This document shows, one piece after another, positions 26,332 to 28,874 of a DNA stretch of 28,874 bases. The notes beneath the pieces were generated by a model. It was not told the origin of the DNA, did no database searches, and worked only from the letters and a program-made list of their open reading frames with translations. Both the position numbers and the translations under genes were made by a program. Source of the stretch: an uncultured Lachnospiraceae bacterium (GTDB lineage Bacteria > Bacillota > Clostridia > Lachnospirales > Lachnospiraceae); contig CAJTOR010000005.1 of assembly GCA_910577675.1 (NCBI GenBank), positions 1-28,874 of the forward strand, written 5' to 3'. Numbering within the stretch: position 1 is the stretch's first letter; every line of letters begins with the position of its first letter.

Positions 26332-28380
26332 ATGATTTTTACGGAGGAAATTGGGAAAATACTATGGGAGGTTATTATATTTATTACATATATATTGGTT
26401 TGTGGGAGTTTGGTAGAATGGCGCTATTCGAAAAAAACTTGTCTGGTTCTGACAGCAGGTTTAGTGGCAGCCATTTTTTTAGGTCAGGGCTGGCTGTTCT
26501 ATTCAAGTAACAGCATTATGAAAATATTGACAATGCTTCCGGTAACTGCTTACCTGCCAAGCATCATCTATCTGCACCTGATATCGGGTGTGGGTTTTTT
26601 GCAGACCGTGCTTGTCTGGGGAATGGGTCTGCTTGTCTATGATATCCTGAAAATATATTTAAAAATCCTTCTGTGGTCAGTTAAAATAGGGCATGGAGCG
26701 CAGGAGGGCATATTTTATGTTTTGCTTATCACAGCTTGTTTGCTTGTTGGGGCGGGGCTGATGTTATTTTTTGTCCGGAGTTTTCTGCGCAAGCCTTTTC
26801 GGATGTATGTGAAAGGCAGCCGGGCGAGTTGGATGCTGCTTTGTATCCCTGTTTTGGTAATTCTCCTAATGTATTCTTATATCGGTAATAATATTGGGAA
26901 TATACTGATGCAGATCTTTCTTTTTTTGAATGTCCTGGCAATTTTTTTTCTGATTATCAGGTCGCTGATATCTTTTGCATCCATCGAGCGCATGAGGGAA
27001 TCGGAACAGGAAATTGTTGACTATATGCAGGTGCAGCGCAGGGAGTACGAGGATGTATGTGTCAAGATGGAAGCGGGGCGTATCTTCCGCCATGATATGC
27101 GCCACCACCTGCTGGTGCTTGAGAATATGGCGAAGGAGGGTGATACGGGGCGGATTGTAGATTATATTGGAAGTTTGCGCGGGCAGTTATCAAATACGGA
27201 AAGAAAAGTTTATTGTGAGAACCCGATGGTGAATGCAGTGCTTTCAAGCTATGTCCAGAATGCAATGCAGGATTGCGTGATTGATACGGAGATTAATGTA
27301 CCAAAAACAATAGGGTATGATGAGGTGGATATCTGTGCAATTTTGGCAAATACATTGGAAAATGCAAAGAGAGAATGCATGAAGATCAGCGAAGCTGCTA
27401 AGCGCTATATCTGGATAAAGGCGGATTTGATTGAGGAATGGAAGTTTCTGATTACGGTGGAGAATACAAGCAGTGCGCCTGTTGAAATCGGCGAAGATGG
27501 GCTGCCCAAAGCTTCTGTGAAAAAGGGGCATGGGATCGGTTTAAAAAGTGTCAGTGCCGCTGTCAAGAAATATGGTGGGGTATTTCAATGTGGATATCAG
27601 GAAGGGAAATTTTGCTTTAATGCTGTCTTGTTTAGGCCAGCCAAACATGCCCTGCCGGAAAAGAAAAATATACCTGGAAACAGGGAGGGGGAAAATTCTT
27701 CATCCGCAATTTTAGTATCCGCATTTTTTATATTGCTTTCAATCTGTATTGTTTTTCCGCTGGCAAAGATACTGGTGCAGACAAAAGATATGGGAAGCAG
27801 CGAAGTAAGCAGGATTGAGTGGGGGGATTTAAAATTCAGCCTCAATGTGCCGGCGGATCTTGCGGACAGCGTTTATGGTGATATGGCGGAAGGATATATT
27901 GACAAGATGAAGGAAAAATTCCTGTTCTATGCCAGCCAAAAATATAACGGGCATGTGGCGATGGATATAAGCTACAGAATAATACAGGATGATGACCAGT
28001 ATCTTTGTATCTGTTTTGATGCTGTTTTAAATGCTGGCGGTTCAGGTCAGTACAGCCGATATTTTACGGTGGATAAAAGAAGCGGAAAAATACTTGCGCT
28101 TGATGATTTGTATCGTGACGGTTATCTTGAGGTAATCAGCGCTGAAATACTCAGGCAGATGGAGGAACAGGTAAACAGCGGGAAGGCAAATTATTTTATC
28201 CCGGGCGGAATCTGGAGTGAAGATGAGTGTTTTAAAGGAATTACAGAGGATAGGAATTTTTATCTGAATATGGAGAAAGAGCTTGTTATTGTATTTGATG
28301 AATATGAGGTGGCACCGGGAAGTATGGGGATGCCGGAATTTATAATCCCTGAGGAAGTGCTGAGTGAAGTTTTGCGTTAA
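26332..28380 (+). CDS. Fusion protein: AgrC/NatK-type (HPK10, GHKL/HATPase_c_5) membrane sensor histidine kinase with ~7 N-terminal TM helices, plus an extra TM helix and a C-terminal extracytoplasmic DUF4163-DUF3298 (RsiV-like) domain
   Basis: H-box IFRHDMRHHLLVL, N-box ILANTLENAKRE and G2 KKGHGIGLKSV are typical of AgrC-like kinases. A TM helix follows (AILVSAFFILLSICIVFPLAKIL). Then come DUF4163-like (YRIIQDDDQYLCICFDAVLNAGGSGQYSRYFTVDKRSGKILALDDLY) and DUF3298-like (FYLNMEKELVIVFDEYEVAPGSMGMPEFIIPEEVL) signatures. It is one uninterrupted 682-aa ORF with a GGAGG RBS. Confidence 0.8.
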   Translation: MIFTEEIGKILWEVIIFITYILVCGSLVEWRYSKKTCLVLTAGLVAAIFLGQGWLFYSSNSIMKILTMLPVTAYLPSIIYLHLISGVGFLQTVLVWGMGLLVYDILKIYLKILLWSVKIGHGAQEGIFYVLLITACLLVGAGLMLFFVRSFLRKPFRMYVKGSRASWMLLCIPVLVILLMYSYIGNNIGNILMQIFLFLNVLAIFFLIIRSLISFASIERMRESEQEIVDYMQVQRREYEDVCVKMEAGRIFRHDMRHHLLVLENMAKEGDTGRIVDYIGSLRGQLSNTERKVYCENPMVNAVLSSYVQNAMQDCVIDTEINVPKTIGYDEVDICAILANTLENAKRECMKISEAAKRYIWIKADLIEEWKFLITVENTSSAPVEIGEDGLPKASVKKGHGIGLKSVSAAVKKYGGVFQCGYQEGKFCFNAVLFRPAKHALPEKKNIPGNREGENSSSAILVSAFFILLSICIVFPLAKILVQTKDMGSSEVSRIEWGDLKFSLNVPADLADSVYGDMAEGYIDKMKEKFLFYASQKYNGHVAMDISYRIIQDDDQYLCICFDAVLNAGGSGQYSRYFTVDKRSGKILALDDLYRDGYLEVISAEILRQMEEQVNSGKANYFIPGGIWSEDECFKGITEDRNFYLNMEKELVIVFDEYEVAPGSMGMPEFIIPEEVLSEVLR

Positions 28381-28407
28381 GATATGCCAAAATATCTTTA
28401 CATAACG

Positions 28408-28477
28408 GCGGGTGATTGGGTGGTGGGGATAAAGAGTGGGAGATAAGGAAGGGGAGTGGGGAAATGGAGGAGGGGGC
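28408..28477 (+). repeat. Polypurine G-tract-rich segment (GGGTGATTGGGTGGTGGGGATAAAGAGTGGGAGATAAGGAAGGGGAGTGGGGAAATGGAGGAGGGGG)
   Basis: About 70 nt that is >90% purine on the plus strand, with repeated GGGG/GGGAG runs. It lies between the kinase gene and the IS607-like gene. Confidence 0.6.
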
Positions 28478-28568
28478 TATATTCGCATATTTCAAATTTG
28501 GGGAAAAATGTAAAAGCATAAGGAGATAATATTAAGTTATTGAAAATATACACAAATAGGTTTATATA

Positions 28569-28577
28569 TGATATAAT
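28569..28577 (+). promoter_or_regulatory. Extended -10 promoter element (TGaTATAAT) upstream of the IS607-like tnpA
   Basis: Read directly. Followed by an AGGAG RBS 8 nt before the ATG at 28606. Confidence 0.45.
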
Positions 28578-28605
28578 GTGTTTATAAAAGAAAGGAGACA
28601 CTTTT

Positions 28606-28874
28606 ATGAACACGTCAAATATCACAAATTATAAACCAAAGGATTTTGATGAATTATTAGGAGTATCGGTTAAAACTTTGCAACGTTGGGACAGAGATGG
28701 GATATGAAAAGCGAATCGTACTCCTACTGACAGAAGATATTATACTTATGACCAGTATTTACAATTCAAAGGTATAAAAACAAAGAATGATCGAAGAGAT
28801 ATCGTGATTTATGCAAGAGTTTCTACAAGAAATCAAAAAGATGATTTGCAAAATCAAGTGGATTTTTTAAAACA
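28606..28874 (+). mobile_element. tnpA: 5' part of an IS607-family transposase gene (tnpA, serine recombinase with N-terminal MerR-like HTH), interrupted by an in-frame TGA at 28705-28707; truncated by the window end
   Basis: Translation MNTSNITNYKPKDFDELLGVSVKTLQRWDRDGI*KANRTPTDRRYYTYDQYLQFKGIKTKNDRRDIVIYARVSTRNQKDDLQNQVDFLK. The HTH (SVKTLQRWD...RTPxxRRYY) and the catalytic-Ser region (IVIYARVSTRNQKDDLxxQ) are hallmarks of IS607-type TnpA. The reading frame is continuous apart from the single TGA. The gene is very AT-rich relative to the host. Confidence 0.7.

Overview
This is a chromosomal segment from a low-to-moderate GC Firmicutes genome, probably Clostridia (Lachnospiraceae-like). Evidence for that: CIRCE-regulated groESL, sigma-A promoters, GGAGG ribosome-binding sites and standard TGA/TAA/TAG stop usage. 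Most of the window is housekeeping, at roughly 50-55% GC. It holds an XRE regulator, an NfeD-flotillin operon, single-chain purL, a cell-wall hydrolase with PG-binding repeats and an NlpC/P60 domain, an FAD oxidoreductase, groES-groEL with CIRCE, a small membrane protein followed by guaB, an Amidase_2 cell-wall amidase, a possibly YunG-like hypothetical (low confidence), an integral membrane protein, a large orphan low-complexity FliK-like protein, a GNAT acetyltransferase, galT (type 2), and a standalone fabH. Accessory or atypical content also stands out. A low-GC islet carries the GNAT gene and an unknown 222-aa protein. A 2-copy 132-bp tandem repeat with a coding-like substitution pattern sits upstream of tRNA-Pro(CGG) and tRNA-Thr(CGU). 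Immediately after the tRNAs is a low-GC island. It encodes an unusual fusion of an AgrC/NatK-type GHKL histidine kinase to a C-terminal extracytoplasmic RsiV-like (DUF4163/DUF3298) domain. After the fusion gene come a polypurine G-tract and the 5' end of an AT-rich IS607-family serine-recombinase gene (tnpA) interrupted by an in-frame TGA. All calls were made by eye from the sequence and ORF translations, and no database search was run.
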